63,154 nt of DNA, filler included, from Octopus bimaculoides (GCF_001194135.2; 6 parts of 6 records of this genome joined end to end with filler, not necessarily neighbours in it); one strand, 5' to 3'; shown: positions 12,611 to 25,299, counted from the first letter of the whole stretch. Program-made: numbers and translations. The notes: generated by a model from the letters alone, not told the origin.

Positions 12611-13199
12611 TACCTGTTCATTTCTTCCACTGGAAGTAAAACCTCTGTTAAGCGCAACTCTCGCCTTGGTAGAAAAATAGAATTTCTCCTTTCGTCTTCA
12701 ATAAGTTTCTTTGAGACTTCTCTCAACTCATCAGCAAGTACACTATTCTGTTGTCTGGTAGAATTTGCACTGAAACCCCCAGGAATTAAGACTATACGTC
12801 CACCCAGACTTGCATTTGAAGTTCTCAATCGCACCTTTGTTCCATTCCGCATCATCTTTTGTCAAGATCACAGTATGTTACCAGATATACCAAACAACTG
12901 ATTTAAGGCCTTAGAATGACATTGGGCCATAAATATTGAGCAGATGCTCTCTGAAAATTAAAGGGTTATTAAAATTCTTCATTAAAAAATGTCTTATCAT
13001 CAAAAGGTTAGTTCGCGGTTTTCAAATATGGTGAAAGATTGAAAATAATTAACGGTTTTATTTTCCCGCATTTAATTTTACATAGATGTTTACTTGAAGC
13101 TTTCTACTAGTATCAATAACTATACCAGGAGACAATTATATTTCATACAAAAAATAGACGGTATGCAGTGGGAGAGTGTTATTAAAAATCAAATGAAAA

Positions 13200-14260
13200 G
13201 AATCTCATTTGAAAAATTAGAATGCGATTTCAAATACTGTTGGTAACTGAATTTTTTTTTAAATGGTGGATCAGAATGGAATCCTTATTTTACCATCAAA
13301 TCTAGATTTCAAGATACTCCACCCCCCACTCCAATCATCAGTGGGTGATTGCGTGATCTTTAAGATGGTCAGTTTTCTCTTTGAATATCAAAGCTTTTTC
13401 ATGTACATGGGACAGTAGAGCCTGGGAAAAAAATTGGGTCGATCAAAGAGTGGCTGCGGCGAACATTATTAGTTCCAGTGTCTTTTAGTATGGTTGAAAA
13501 ACCTTTAGTTCAACCGGGAAAAATCATCTTAGTTTCACACCATTTCAAACTCGGTATAATGAAGCAGTTTGTTAAAGCTCTGAATAATGATGGACGACGA
13601 AAAGTGAAAAGATAAGAGCTAAAGTATTTGATGGTCTTCAAATCAGAAAATTGGTGAAAGATGGAAACTTTGTAAATTCAATGGTTTGCATTGAAGAAGA
13701 AACATGGAATTCATTTGTAATAGTTGTAAATAACTTTCTGGTCAACAACAAAGCAGCCAGCTATGCTGGAGAATTTTCAAAAGTTGGGAACAAATACGAG
13801 CATAAAGCTGCACTATCTCCACGGTCATCTTGATAAATTCCAAAAAAAAATAGGGAGAACGTTTTGATCAGAACATAAAATCAACGGAACAAAGGTATCA
13901 GGGCTGATGGGACCTGCATGTGATGACAGACTACATCTGGAACTTGGCCTATGATCTTCCTGAGGTTCAGCACCCAAGAAAATCATCCAAACACAAATTC
14001 TTGGGAAATTAAGCATAAACAATATATTTACCTGTAGAAATTTTAAGATTCTTAATGAGTTTTTCAATAAAATTTTAAGGAAACATTCCCGTTTTGAAGG
14101 AAAACTAATTTCTGTTCCCCATAAGCTGTTTTACTGAAAAAAAAGAAAAACAATGAAATTCTATGGATCCAGTATCTTAAAATCTTAACGTGATGGTAAT
14201 AAATGAATGTCATTTTCGGATTCTGTATTAAAAAACTTCTAGTTCAGATCTAAAGCTTTT
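13200..14260 (+). pseudogene. Decayed DDE transposase, probably CMC/Chapaev3-like (family tentative)
   Basis: FKLGIMKQFVKALNNDG, VFDGLQIRKLVKDGNFVNSM, GERFDQNIKSTEQRYQG*WD...DYIW; multiple frameshifts. Confidence 0.65.
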
Positions 14261-14306
14261 GACAAGCGAGAGATAAATCCTTTATGTTGGCCTATGTAAT
14301 ATATAC

Positions 14307-14337
<31 letters not shown>

Positions 14338-14364
14338 ATTTGTATGTGTGTGTGTAGGTGCATA

Positions 14365-14553
14365 TATATATGATGGTTGTCTACTCCTTACACAGAGTTT
14401 GACCACCTCCTGCACCTACACCTTAGTCCTTTCATGGCGTCTAATGTGGCTTTTTAAACCAGACAGTGTTTTGAAAAAACACCCACACAGATTGCACCTC
14501 TGATTTGCACTACCAATACCTGCAGGTAAGTTCTGCTCATTGTGGATCCTAAC
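14365..14553 (-). mobile_element. LINE 3' end (RTE-like) with C-terminal C2H2 finger
   Basis: ...QRCNLCGCFFKTLSGLKSHIRRHERTKV*, short 3' UTR into (TA)/(CA)n; 5' part lost in a gap. Confidence 0.55.
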
Positions 14554-14885
14554 NNNNNNNNNNNNNNNNNNNNNNNNNNNNNNNNNNNNNNNNNNNNNNN
14601 NNNNNNNNNNNNNNNNNNNNNNNNNNNNNNNNNNNNNNNNNNNNNNNNNNNNNNNNNNNNNNNNNNNNNNNNNNNNNNNNNNNNNNNNNNNNNNNNNNNN
14701 NNNNNNNNNNNNNNNNNNNNNNNNNNNNNNNNNNNNNNNNNNNNNNNNNNNNNNNNNNNNNNNNNNNNNNNNNNNNNNNNNNNNNNNNNNNNNNNNNNNN
14801 NNNNNNNNNNNNNNNNNNNNNNNNNNNNNNNNNNNNNNNNNNNNNNNNNNNNNNNNNNNNNNNNNNNNNNNNNNNNNNNNNNNNA

Positions 14886-15110
14886 GGTGGTGTAGAAAAC
14901 AAATAGATGTATTAGTATAACGCTCGGGAATTGGGAAAGTCTTTAACGTTTCAAGCCTACGCTCTTCCACACAAAGGAACACAGAAAGAAACAAGGAGAG
15001 AAAAAAGTGTGTAGTGGTCAGCGATCTATCATGGCGAATGCCGGACAGAAGGGTCACACAGGAGAGTTAAGAAGGAGTGGAGATAACAGAGTAGTAGTGA
15101 TCCCAAAACG
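14886..15110 (-). mobile_element. Short pLTR-like element with a decayed hammerhead
   Basis: Minus strand CUUU-gUGugGA-A-GAGC(guag)GCUU-GAAA-C-G-U-U^AAAG at 14941-14976. Stems retained, two core substitutions. Confidence 0.45.
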
Positions 15111-15120
15111 AAGGTGCGTG

Positions 15121-15527
15121 TTCTCTTTTACTTGTTTCAGCCCTTTGACTGTGGCCATGCTGGAGCACCGCCTTTAGTCGAGCATATCAACCCCGGGACT
15201 TATTCTTTGTAAGCCTAGTACTTTTTCTATCGGTTTCTTTTGCCGAACCGCTAAGTGACGGGGACATAAACACACCAGCATCGGTAGTCAAGCAATGTTA
15301 GGGAGACAAACACAGACACACAAACATAAACACACACACACACATATATATATATACATATATACGACGGGCTTCTTTCAGTTTCCGTCTACCAAATTCA
15401 CTCACAAGGCTTTGGTCGGCCCGAGGCTATAGTAGAAGACACTTGCCCAAGATGCCACGCAGTGGGACTGAACCCAGAACCATGTGGTTGGTAAGTAAGC
15501 TATTTACCACACAGTCACTCCTGCGCC
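15121..15527 (-). mobile_element. SINE family A, full length
   Basis: Colinear with 6401-6875. Confidence 0.9.
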
Positions 15528-16564
15528 TATATATATATATACATCAATCAATCAATCAGTCAACCTATTTATCTATCCATCTATCTGTCTATCCGTCTGT
15601 TTGTTTGTTTATTTCTTTATCAGTCAATTAGTCTTTCTATTTGTCTGTCTCTCTGTGTATCTATCAATCTAATTATCTCTCTGTCTCTCCGTCTCTCTGC
15701 CTAACTACATAGCTTTGTAACTCTTATCGTTCTCTTCTGATGTCTAACATTCAGCCTCCCTCTCTCTGTCTCTCCATTTATTCTTATCTTCCCTTCATCT
15801 ATCACTATCTTTCTATCTCTTCTCTCCCCATCTCTCAATTTCCCTTTGACATATTCTTTCCTCCAGTCTCTGTCTGTCTGTTTGTCTGTCTGTATGTATG
15901 TCTGTCTGTCTGTCTGTCTGTCTGTCTGCCTGTCACGTTACACCATAGTTACTCACTGCAATGACCGCAACTTGACCCAGCCTTTCAATTGACGGAGCAA
16001 TTCATCCTTCACTCCTCCTTACTCTCTATCCTTTGTCTCCTCTCTCTCTCTCTCTATCCCTCATCAATCGCCTCATCTACTTCCTCTCCCCATCCTTCAA
16101 TGAACACAACTCCCCACAGCCACCCACCCCTCAAGCCGTTTAGTTCTTTTCCTTCCTCCTCCCGCACCGTCTTATTACTCCATGTTCCATTGAACTGCTC
16201 TCAATAATTTCATTCATATTTTTGCGTGGGTGTGTGTAGGGGTGCGTACGAGAGCGAGGCTGTGGACTATATATGTCTGTATTGACAGTGTGCATATGAG
16301 GGAGGGTGTCTTTCTCTGAGTGGGGGTTGGTGACCGAATGAAACTTTGTCATACTCTGTGTGTGTGTGTGTGTGTGTAATATCTCTATATGTGTTTAACT
16401 TTGTGTCTGAATATGTAATGAGCGTGTGCGTCAGCGGCCAGCAATACTGTCTTTGTTGTCGTCGCTCGCACCCAGCCGACCTATGATCAAAGCCGTTCCA
16501 ACCGTGATAATCCTGTCATTTTTTAAAGCCAGAAATAACGTATCCTGACTGATGTATCGAATGT

Positions 16565-16890
16565 TTTACGCGCAGGCGTGAGTGTATGGTAAGAACTCTG
16601 CCTCCCATTCACATGGTTCCGGGTTCAATGCCACTGTATGGCACCTTGGGCAAGTGCCTTCTTGTATAGCCCTAAGCCAAACAATGTCTTCTGAGTGGAT
16701 TTGGTAGGCGGAAACCGAAACAACCCCACCGTATATGCGCGCGTGTGTATCTATGTGTGTGTGTATATATATATCTGTGTGTGTCTTCGTGTTTGTCCTT
16801 CCACTACCAACACTTGACAACCGGTTTTGGCTTGTTTACGTTCTTGTAACTTAGCGGTTCAGCAAAAGACTCCGATAGGATAAGTAACAG
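16565..16890 (+). mobile_element. SINE family A, diverged
   Basis: Head GGCGTGAGTGTATGGTAAG..GGGTTCAATGCC and GACAACCG..CTTAGCGGTTC body. Confidence 0.75.
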
Positions 16891-17132
16891 GCTTAAAAAT
16901 AAATAAATAATAATAATAATCTTTTCAACTAAAGGCGCATGGCCTGAAATTTTATGGGAGGGGACTAGTCGATTAGATCGACCCCAGTGTTTCACTGGTA
17001 CTTATTTTATCGACCCAGAAAGAATGAAAGGCAAAGTCGGCCTCGGCGGAATTTGAACTCAGAACGTAAAGTCAGACGAAATGCTGCTAAAGATTTTGAC
17101 CGGCATACTAACAATTCTACCAGTTCACCGCC

Positions 17133-17192
<60 letters not shown>

Positions 17193-17409
17193 CCTTTCTA
17201 CAAAAGGCACAATACCTGAAATTTGGGGGAAGGAACGAATCGATTACATCGACCCCAGTTTTCAATCGACACTGAGAAGATGAAAGGCAAAGTCGATCTC
17301 GGCGAAATTTGAACTCAGAATGTAGCAACGGGCGAAATAGCGCTCAGCATTTAGCTCGGCGTACTAAAGAGTCTACCGCCTTAATAATAATAATAATAAT
17401 AATAATAAA

Positions 17410-17764
17410 GCCAACCATATAAGTATTTAGGAGTCAATGAACTAGATAGGATACAACATACACAAATGAAAGAAAAAAATAAAGAAAGAGTACTATAGAC
17501 GAGTTAGATCAATACTAAAAACAGAGCTCAATGCTAAAAACAAGATAATGGGTATCAACACTTTAGCTGTCCCAGTTATAAGCTACAGCTACAACATCCT
17601 TAACTGGACACTAAACGAACTATGTAAAATAGACAGGAAAACAAGAAAAATAATGACAGGATATAGGATGCACCACCCAAAATCTGACATAGAAAGGCTA
17701 TATATACAACGCACAGAAGGTGGCAGGGGTCTTATACAGCTAGAAAACTATTATAAAATAACCA
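17410..17764 (+). pseudogene. R4/Dong-clade LINE RT thumb fragment
   Basis: YKYLGVNELDRIQH...INTLAVPVISYSYNILNWT...IDRKTRKIMTGYRMHHPKSDIERLYIQRTEGGRGL, starting directly after (TAA)n. Confidence 0.85.
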
Positions 17765-17942
17765 NNNNNNNNNNNNNNNNNNNNNNNNNNNNNNNNNNNN
17801 NNNNNNNNTTAATTAATTAANNNNNNNNNNNNNNNNNNNNNNNNNNNNNNNNNNNNNNNNNNNNGTGTGTGTGTGTGTGTATATGAGTCAGCGTGTGAGA
17901 CACAGAAAAAGAAAAATAATTGAATTGTGACTGTGTGCTTGG

Positions 17943-17982
<40 letters not shown>

Positions 17983-18751
17983 CTGTGTGTTTGTGAGTAT
18001 GAATGAGAAAGAGAGACAAGGAATGTGTATGTGTGTGTGTGAATGAAAGAGAGAGAGAGAAAGGACATGAGTGAGTGAGTGAAAGAGCAAATCTATGATT
18101 ATTGGGATTCCAGCCGTGACCATCCAGTCCATCTTCTGTTTTCAAACAGTCTTTCTATGACAACGTTATTGAAGTGTTCTTCCCTTTATGCAAAGGTGCA
18201 GGGTAGATTTTAAGAGATTTGGTTGCTATTTCTAGCAAGGAAGGCGACCATTCACTATCTTCAACTAAATAACCAGCGAAGGAGCCTCTACGAAGACCGG
18301 TCACACTGCTTGAAATAACAATCAAATCTCATTGAAATCACTCTCCTACCGTCTTAAAAAGATAACGGGAGGAAGTATGGAATAATTTTTTCCTGAATAC
18401 TCTACATCGCAAAAAAAAAAAAAAAAAACACGAGATGGTCACGGTTAGAATCTCAATATTGTGAATAGAACGTCTTAAAGCAACTGAAACCGGAAGCTGC
18501 TTAGTTAGAAATATTAATATTGTTTTTCTGTTGTCCAAGCATTTTTTTTTCTCAATATATATAATGTGTTTATAAATATTTCTTCAATTCTGTTTCAGAC
18601 GTAGGCATTTTATAATGTATGGTTGCGAAAAGTATGCGTGATGTGGTTATATCGTATCTTGAACTGGTTTGCTGTAGACCTTATATATGTAGATATAATA
18701 GTTGGTGTCGTGTTCGTGGTTACTGTGGTTTTTTTATTGTGTTTGTGGTCA

Positions 18752-18777
18752 TCTATATATATAAAAATGAGAATGTG

Positions 18778-18812
<35 letters not shown>

Positions 18813-20143
18813 ATGTATGTGTGAATCCCTAAAACTCAAGAACTACGCAACCAATTTCATTCAAATTTTACACATGCCTTACTTAGGGTTCCAGTTGTGT
18901 TTTAGTCAAAAAAAATTATTAACTTCTTGCAGAGTTCGAGCACACGGCAACATATCTCCTCCACTATTTAAGTATTACGTGTCAAAAGTGAAACAAAAAC
19001 ACTCATGTCAAATACTTTCACTTTAAAAATGANNNNNNNNNNNNNNNNNNNNNNNNNNNNNNNNNNNNNNNNNNNNNNNNNNNNNNNNNNNNNNNNNNNN
19101 NNNNNNNNNNNNNNNNNNNNNNNNNNNNNNNNNNNNNNNNNNNNNNNNNNNNNNNNNNNNNNNNNNNNNNNNNNNNNNNNNNNNNNNNNNNNNNNNNNNN
19201 NNNNNNNNNNNNNNNNNNNNNNNNNNNNNNNNNNNNNNNNNNNNNNNNNNNNNNNNNNNNNNNNNNNNNNNNNNNNNNNNNNNNNNNNNNNNNNNNNNNN
19301 NNNNNNNNNNNNNNNNNNNNNNNNNNNNNNNNNNNNNNNNNNNNNNNNNNNNNNNNNNNNNNNNNNNNNNNNNNNNNNNNNNNNNNNNNNNNNNNNNNNN
19401 NNNNNNNNNNNNNNNNNNNNNNNNNNNNNNNNNNNNNNNNNNNNNNNNNNNNNNNNNNNNNNNNNNNNNNNNNNNNNNNNNNNNNNNNNNNNNNNNNNNN
19501 NNNNNNNNNNNNNNNNNNNNNNNNNNNNNNNNNNNNNNNNNNNNNNNNNNNNNNNNNNNNNNNNNNNNNNNNNNNNNNNNNNNNNNNNNNNNNNNNNNNN
19601 NNNNNNNNNNNNNNNNNNNNNNNNNNNNNNNNNNNNNNNNNNNNNNNNNNNNNNNNNNNNNNNNNNNNNNNNNNNNNNNNNNNNNNNNNNNNNNNNNNNN
19701 NNNNNNNNNNNNNNNNNNNNNNNNNNNNNNNNNNNNNNNNNNNNNNNNNNNNNNNNNNNNNNNNNNNNNNNNNNNNNNNNNNNNNNNNNNNNNNNNNNTC
19801 TCTTGGAAGAGCCCTGCTTCTCACATGGACAACTGTATGTTGGCTGCTCAAGAGTGGGCAGCAACAAAAAAACCTATTTGTATATGCTCCACAAGGGAAA
19901 ACAAGGAACATAGTTTACAATGAGGTGTTATAATCATAACAGCAAGAAAGTATGTACATGATCACCTTCTTTTACGAAACTTCATTGACTTTCATATATT
20001 TATATTGATATACATATATATACGTGTGTTTGGGTGCGTGTGTGTATATACATCTCTATATATAAAGATGATGCGTAGTCTAGACGGCGTTTTTAGATTT
20101 CATTATTCTCTTTAACCCGGGCAACGCCGGGTATTTCTGCTAG
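18752..20143 (+). mobile_element. Non-autonomous Helitron with both termini and a helicase C-terminal remnant
   Basis: A|TCTATATAT 5' end, (GTCT)n, LEEPCFSHGQLYVGCSRVG...TRNIVYNEVL* at 19802-19932, subterminal hairpin ACCCGG-GCAACG-CCGGGT (20115-20132), CTAG|T end. An ~770-bp N gap lies inside, so continuity is inferred. Confidence 0.8.
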
Positions 20144-20149
20144 TTTTCG

Positions 20150-20935
20150 AATATATCCAAAAGCCTAAAATAATATATTTAAAAATAACTATATTTAAAA
20201 CAGAATTGAAGAAGTATTTATAAAACCTTCGTCCGCAGACTCTGTCTCCTTAAAACACAAAGGCTAAAACCTCTCTATACTAATAAAACTGTTTATAGAA
20301 CAATGAATGCTTAGACATACAGACCAACAACCTTTACACTTACCCAAATCTTTTGTGAACATCAAATCACAATTTTCTATACTAACAACACCATGACATG
20401 CCTGACTTCCAAGTAAAACAGAACATACTCTAAATAGCAACAAGTAAACAAACTGACCAGCGAAAACATTCCACCCAGTTACATTCTTGTGAACTCCTAA
20501 ACAATTCCATTACAAAAAGTTGACAAACCCAAACTGTGTTTTGAACCTTTGATCTTTTCATTGTCAAAACAAAGGATTAAATCCAATAAAACCAAAACTA
20601 ATTAAAACTACTGACTCATCCTGTACCTACCTAACAAAAGGGTCGCACCTACATATGCCCACTTACTTACATTGTTCTACAGTCATGAATAAATTTTAAA
20701 TAACCCCAAATTTAATCAATAAAAATTTCTCCAAAATACCTCTTCATAACAATCCAACCTAAAGCTATTTACCACTTCACTAAAACCCAGAGAAGATTTT
20801 TCACTCAACCGACATTATGTAAAACCAAGGTCAACTTCAGTGCACCACACTCTGACGATGGCTTAACTGGTCGAAACTTCGAAGTCACTGTCAATAATAT
20901 TCTTGTTTAAGAATAATAAATTTGTACTCTACAAA
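20150..20935 (+). mobile_element. Decayed Penelope-like 3' end with pLTR
   Basis: FHCQNKGLN-like terminal motif (~20555-20582), HHR at 20846-20891; 20871-20935 is shared with 345-405 on the minus strand. Confidence 0.5.
20846..20891 (+). ncRNA. Near-intact hammerhead ribozyme (one stem I mismatch)
   Basis: CACACU-CUGACGA-U-GGCU(uaacu)GGUC-GAAA-CU-UCGA-AG-U-C^ACUGUC. Core intact, palindromic stem III ACUUCGAAGU, stem I has a C:C mismatch. Confidence 0.6.
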
Positions 20936-20942
20936 AATGTTG

Positions 20943-21140
20943 AGGTGCAGGAGTGGCTATGTGGTAAGTAGCTAGGCGCAGGAGTGGTGGCGTGGTAAGT
21001 AGCTTGCTTACCAACCACATGGTGCTGGGTTCAGTCCCACTGCGTGGCACCTTGGGCAACTGTCTTCTACTATAGCCTCGGGCCGACCAAAGCCTTGTGA
21101 GTGGATTTGGTAGACGGAAACTGAAAGAAGCCCGTCGTAT
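20943..21140 (+). mobile_element. SINE family A 5' half with tandemly duplicated head
   Basis: GCAGGAGTGG..GTGGTAAGTAGCT occurs twice (20946-20973 and 20977-21004); runs into a gap. Confidence 0.85.
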
Positions 21141-21891
21141 ATATGTATGTATGTATATATATATATATATATGTGTGTGTGTNNNNNNNNNNNNNNNNNN
21201 NNNNNNNNNNNNNNNNNNNNNNNNNNNNNNNNNNNNNNNNNNNNNNNNNNNNNNNNNNNNNNNNNNNNNNNNNNNNNNNNNNNNNNNNNNNNNNNNNNNN
21301 NNNNNNNNNNNNNNNNNNNNNNNNNNNNNNNNNNNNNNNNNNNNNNNNNNNNNNNNNNNNNNNNNNNNNNNNNNNNNNNNNNNNNNNNNNNNNNNNNNNN
21401 NNNNNNNNNNNNNNNNNNNNNNNNNNNNNNNNNNNNNNNNNNNNNNNNNNNNNNNNNNNNNNNNNNNNNNNNNNNNNNNNNNNNNNNNNNNNNNNNNNNN
21501 NNNNNNNNNNNNNNNNNNNNNNNNNNNNNNNNNNNNNNNNNNNNNNNNNNNNNNNNNNNNNNNNNNNNNNNNNNNNNNNNNNNNNNNNNNNNNNNNNNNN
21601 NNNNNNNNNNNNNNNNNNNNNNNNNNNNNNNNNNNNNNNNNNNNNNNNNNNNNNNNNNNNNNNNNNNNNNNNNNNNNNNNNNNNNNNNNNNNNNNNNNNN
21701 NNNNNNNNNNNNNNNNNNNNNNNNNNNNNNNNNNNNNNNNNNNNNNNNNNNNNNNNNNNNNNNNNNNNNNNNNNNNNNNNNNNNNNNNNNNNNNNNNNNN
21801 NCTATCTATCTATCAATCTATCTATCTACCTATCTATCTATCTGTCCCAGCTTCGTTGAGCCCTGTGTGGCTAATAAAAGAAATGTATCTG

Positions 21892-21942
<51 letters not shown>

Positions 21943-22719
21943 GCGCACGCACACACACACATACATATATATAAAGAGAGTGACAGACAGAAAGACATAT
22001 GGACAAACATTTCGACAAACAGACAAACAAATCGACAAACGGACAAATAAGATGGAAGACAATACGAAGCAAGGTGAAGCTTGTGAATGTCGACCGTAAT
22101 GAAGAGCATGAGATGGTCCGTGTTTGTAGATGTGGTGCGTGGTTTATAGACGTGTGTGTGTGTGTGTGAATTGTTGTTAACAGAGTTCTATAAAGAAGAA
22201 GAAGAAGAAGAGGAGGAGAAGGAGGAGGAAGAGCAGCAGGAGGAGGAGGTAGAGGAAGTCGAAAGTATTATACAGAAAACAAGCAGACAAATAATTTCGT
22301 GAAGTTTTGATGAATAAAAACTGAGCGAAGATAATTTATAACAATCTCGGGAAAAGACGAAGAAGAACTAGAAAGGGAAGGAGAATGAGAGAGGGGGAAA
22401 GAGAGAGAGATAAGAAGAATGAGAGAGAAGAGGAGTGAGAGAGAGATAAAGTGATATAAAGGAACGGAATAAGGAAACAATGTGTAGAAGGAAAGCGATT
22501 GATTAAAGACAAACAAAGAGGCTAAGGATATATTAAGGGGTGAGTAAAAGAGAGTGAGTGAGAGAGGGGGAAGAGAGGGATAAAGAAAGGGAGAGAAAGA
22601 GGGGGAAGAAAGGGAGAGTTACAATGGTGCAGAGAAACAAAGGAACAGGAATAGGGAAACGAGGACCGATTAAGAGAGGGGGGGAAGAGAGTGACAGAGA
22701 CAGACAGAGAAGAAGAGAG

Positions 22720-22771
<52 letters not shown>

Positions 22772-22959
22772 GAGAGTAGAAGAGAAAGTAGGGAGTAGGA
22801 GAGAGACAGACAAAGTTAGTGGGAGAGAGAATTTTGGCTGACAGTCTGCCCTGGCAAAGAGCCGTCTGTTCTGACTAGACAGACAGATCGATATTGTTTG
22901 CGAATCCCCAACCAGAAAAAGTAACTGCTGTCATAGTAAAAGGGTTGTCTTGACCTGGA

Positions 22960-23860
22960 TTGTTGGTGGAGAATTTCTTCGGCATTTCTAAATTCTTTGC
23001 ATACTAATACAATCTTTACTTCCCTTCTAAAGTATCCAAATAAGGGAGTTTTGTGTAGTAAGAAATAGTAGATAAATTTCAACTCAAATACAATTTCTAT
23101 TTCCCTTCTAAAATACTTCCAATAAAGGAGTTTGTATATAGTAAGACAGTTGCTAAATCTCCCTCAAATTCAATTACTATTTCCCTTCTAAAATACCCCA
23201 AATAAAGGAGTTTGTATGTAGTAAGACAGTTGCTAAATCTCCCTCAAATTGAATTTCTATTTCCCTTCTAAAATACCCCAATAAAGGAGTTTATATATAG
23301 AAAGGAATAGTAGCTATATTTTGCTCAAATATAATCTCTATTTCCCTTCTAAAATACCCTAATAAAGGAGCTTGAATGTAGTAAGAAATAGTAGTCAAAT
23401 CTCTCTCAAATGCAGTATTTATCTCCCGTCTAAAATATGCAATAACGGAGTTTTTATGTAGTGAGAAATAGTAGCGAAATCACCCTCAAATGCGGTCTTT
23501 TTATTTTCCTTCTAAATTGCTCAAATAAAGGGATTTGTTTACAGTAAGAAGGAATAGTCAAATTTTCCTCAAATGCAGCCTTTTCTTCCCTTCTAAAATA
23601 CCCAATAAGGGATTTTTTTGTAAGAAATGGTAGTCAAATTTCCCTCAAATACAGTCTTTACTTCCCTTTTAAAACATTCAAATAAAAGAGTTTCTACGCA
23701 GTAAATCGATTGGTATTGTAAAAAGAGCAGCAAAAATCTCACAGAAATACAATCGTCTGCTCTTCGAAAAAAAAGCCAATGATGGAACGTCTACGTGATA
23801 GGTACGACTTTTAGAAATAACAGATAAACTTTCCTTTAAATACAACCTACTACTCTTTCA
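22960..23860 (+). repeat. 80-bp minisatellite, ~10 diverged copies
   Basis: TTCCCTTCTAAAATA recurs at 23101, 23181, 23261, 23342 and onward; copies decay toward both ends. Confidence 0.9.
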
Positions 23861-24254
23861 AAAAACCCGCAGTAGCTATAATTTCACTGAAATCATTCAT
23901 AAACTTCCGCTATTTTAAAATTTTAATGCAGGATACATTGAAAAATGTTTGAATAATAGACATAATGGTTATGGTTGGAATGTCTTTGATCGTAAATTTG
24001 CTACATCACTGCTCGCATAGGACTAAACAATAATATCAATATAACCAACAAGAAGTCCCTTACGTGAAAGTTCAACCTGCTAGAAACAGGGGCCAAAATA
24101 TCCCTTGGCTCACGCTACAACATTAGAAATTAAAAGGCTTGGAGCAGGAAAAGACACACTGGTCAGTGTACTAGAAAATATATAAAAAAAAAAGACAGGA
24201 TAGTCACGGCTGGAACACTTTTGACTGGTTGAAACATCATCTACATTTATCATC

Positions 24255-24758
24255 TTTTACTTGTTTTTCAGTCATTGGATTGAGGCGATGCTGGGAACTG
24301 ATTTAAAAGCTTTAGTCGAACAAATTGTCAGCAGTACTTTTATATGTCTTGTATTTATTCTATCGGTGTCTTTTGCCGAACCGCTAGTTTAGTTACAGGA
24401 ACATAAAGAAACCAACACCAGTTGTCGAGCAGTGTTGGGGACAAACACATGCACACATACACACATACACTCACTCACTCACTCATTCATACACACACAC
24501 GCGTACACACACACACCACAGTCTTTCTCTCACATACACACTGACACATACATACATACACATACTTACACTGACACATACATATACACACACACGCACG
24601 CCCACGACGGGCTTCTACACAGTTTCCGTATACCAAATTCACTCACAAGACATTGGTCGGTCTGAAGGTAGAGTAGGAGACACTTGCTCAAGGTGCCACG
24701 CAGTGAGACTGAACCTGAAACGGCGCGATCTTATTAACCATACAGTCACGCCTGCGCC
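24255..24758 (-). mobile_element. SINE family A, diverged
   Basis: Colinear with 15121-15527. Confidence 0.8.
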
Positions 24759-24855
24759 TTTCTGTAGTTTTAGATTTTAGTTTTTAAACACTTCTACAAA
24801 TTGTAAGGATGATCTTTGTCAGTCGACGTTTCTCATCTCACTATTATCTTTATAT

Positions 24856-25243
24856 GTGAAGGCCCAATGGCCCAGTGGTTAGGGCAGCGGACTCGCGGTC
24901 ATAGGATCGCGGTTTCGATTCCCAGACCGGGCGTTGTGAGTGTTTATTGAGCGAAAACACCTAAAGCTCCATGAAGCTCCGGCAGGGGATGGTGGCGAAC
25001 CCTGCTGTACTCTTTCACCACAACTTTCTCTCACTCTTACTTCCTGTTTCTGTTGTGCCTGTAATTCAAAGGGTCAGCCTTGTCACACTGTGTCACGCTG
25101 AATCCCCCCGAGAACTACGTTAAGGGTACACGTGTCTGTGGAGTGCTCAGCCACTTGCACGTTAATTTCACGAGCAGGCTGTTCCGTTGATCGGATCAGC
25201 TGGAACCCTCGACGTCGTAAGCGACGGAGTGCTAACAACACAC
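24856..25243 (+). mobile_element. tRNA-derived SINE family C, full length
   Basis: TGGCCCAGTGG A box, GGTTTCGATTCC B box, AAC tail; TATCTTTATAT duplicated at 24845-24855 and 25244-25254; ~95% identical to 54122-54505. Confidence 0.9.
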
Positions 25244-25299
25244 TATCTTTATATATATGAGACCCTATAATATGTGTCAGCTAGTTAATTAATTAGTAA

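Noticed and set aside
12690-12740. Minus-strand CUGAUGA-G-UUGAGA(gaag)UCUCAA-A-GAAAC
   Set aside because: No 10.1-11.1 pair, no U16.1 and no stem I; probably chance.
22960-23860. Regular repeats as a possible CRISPR array
   Set aside because: Contiguous degenerate units, no unique spacers, no cas genes, eukaryotic context.
24861-24935. tRNA-like cloverleaf heads (also ~54130, ~20975, ~47410-47481)
   Set aside because: They continue into SINE bodies without proper acceptor stems; not tRNA genes.
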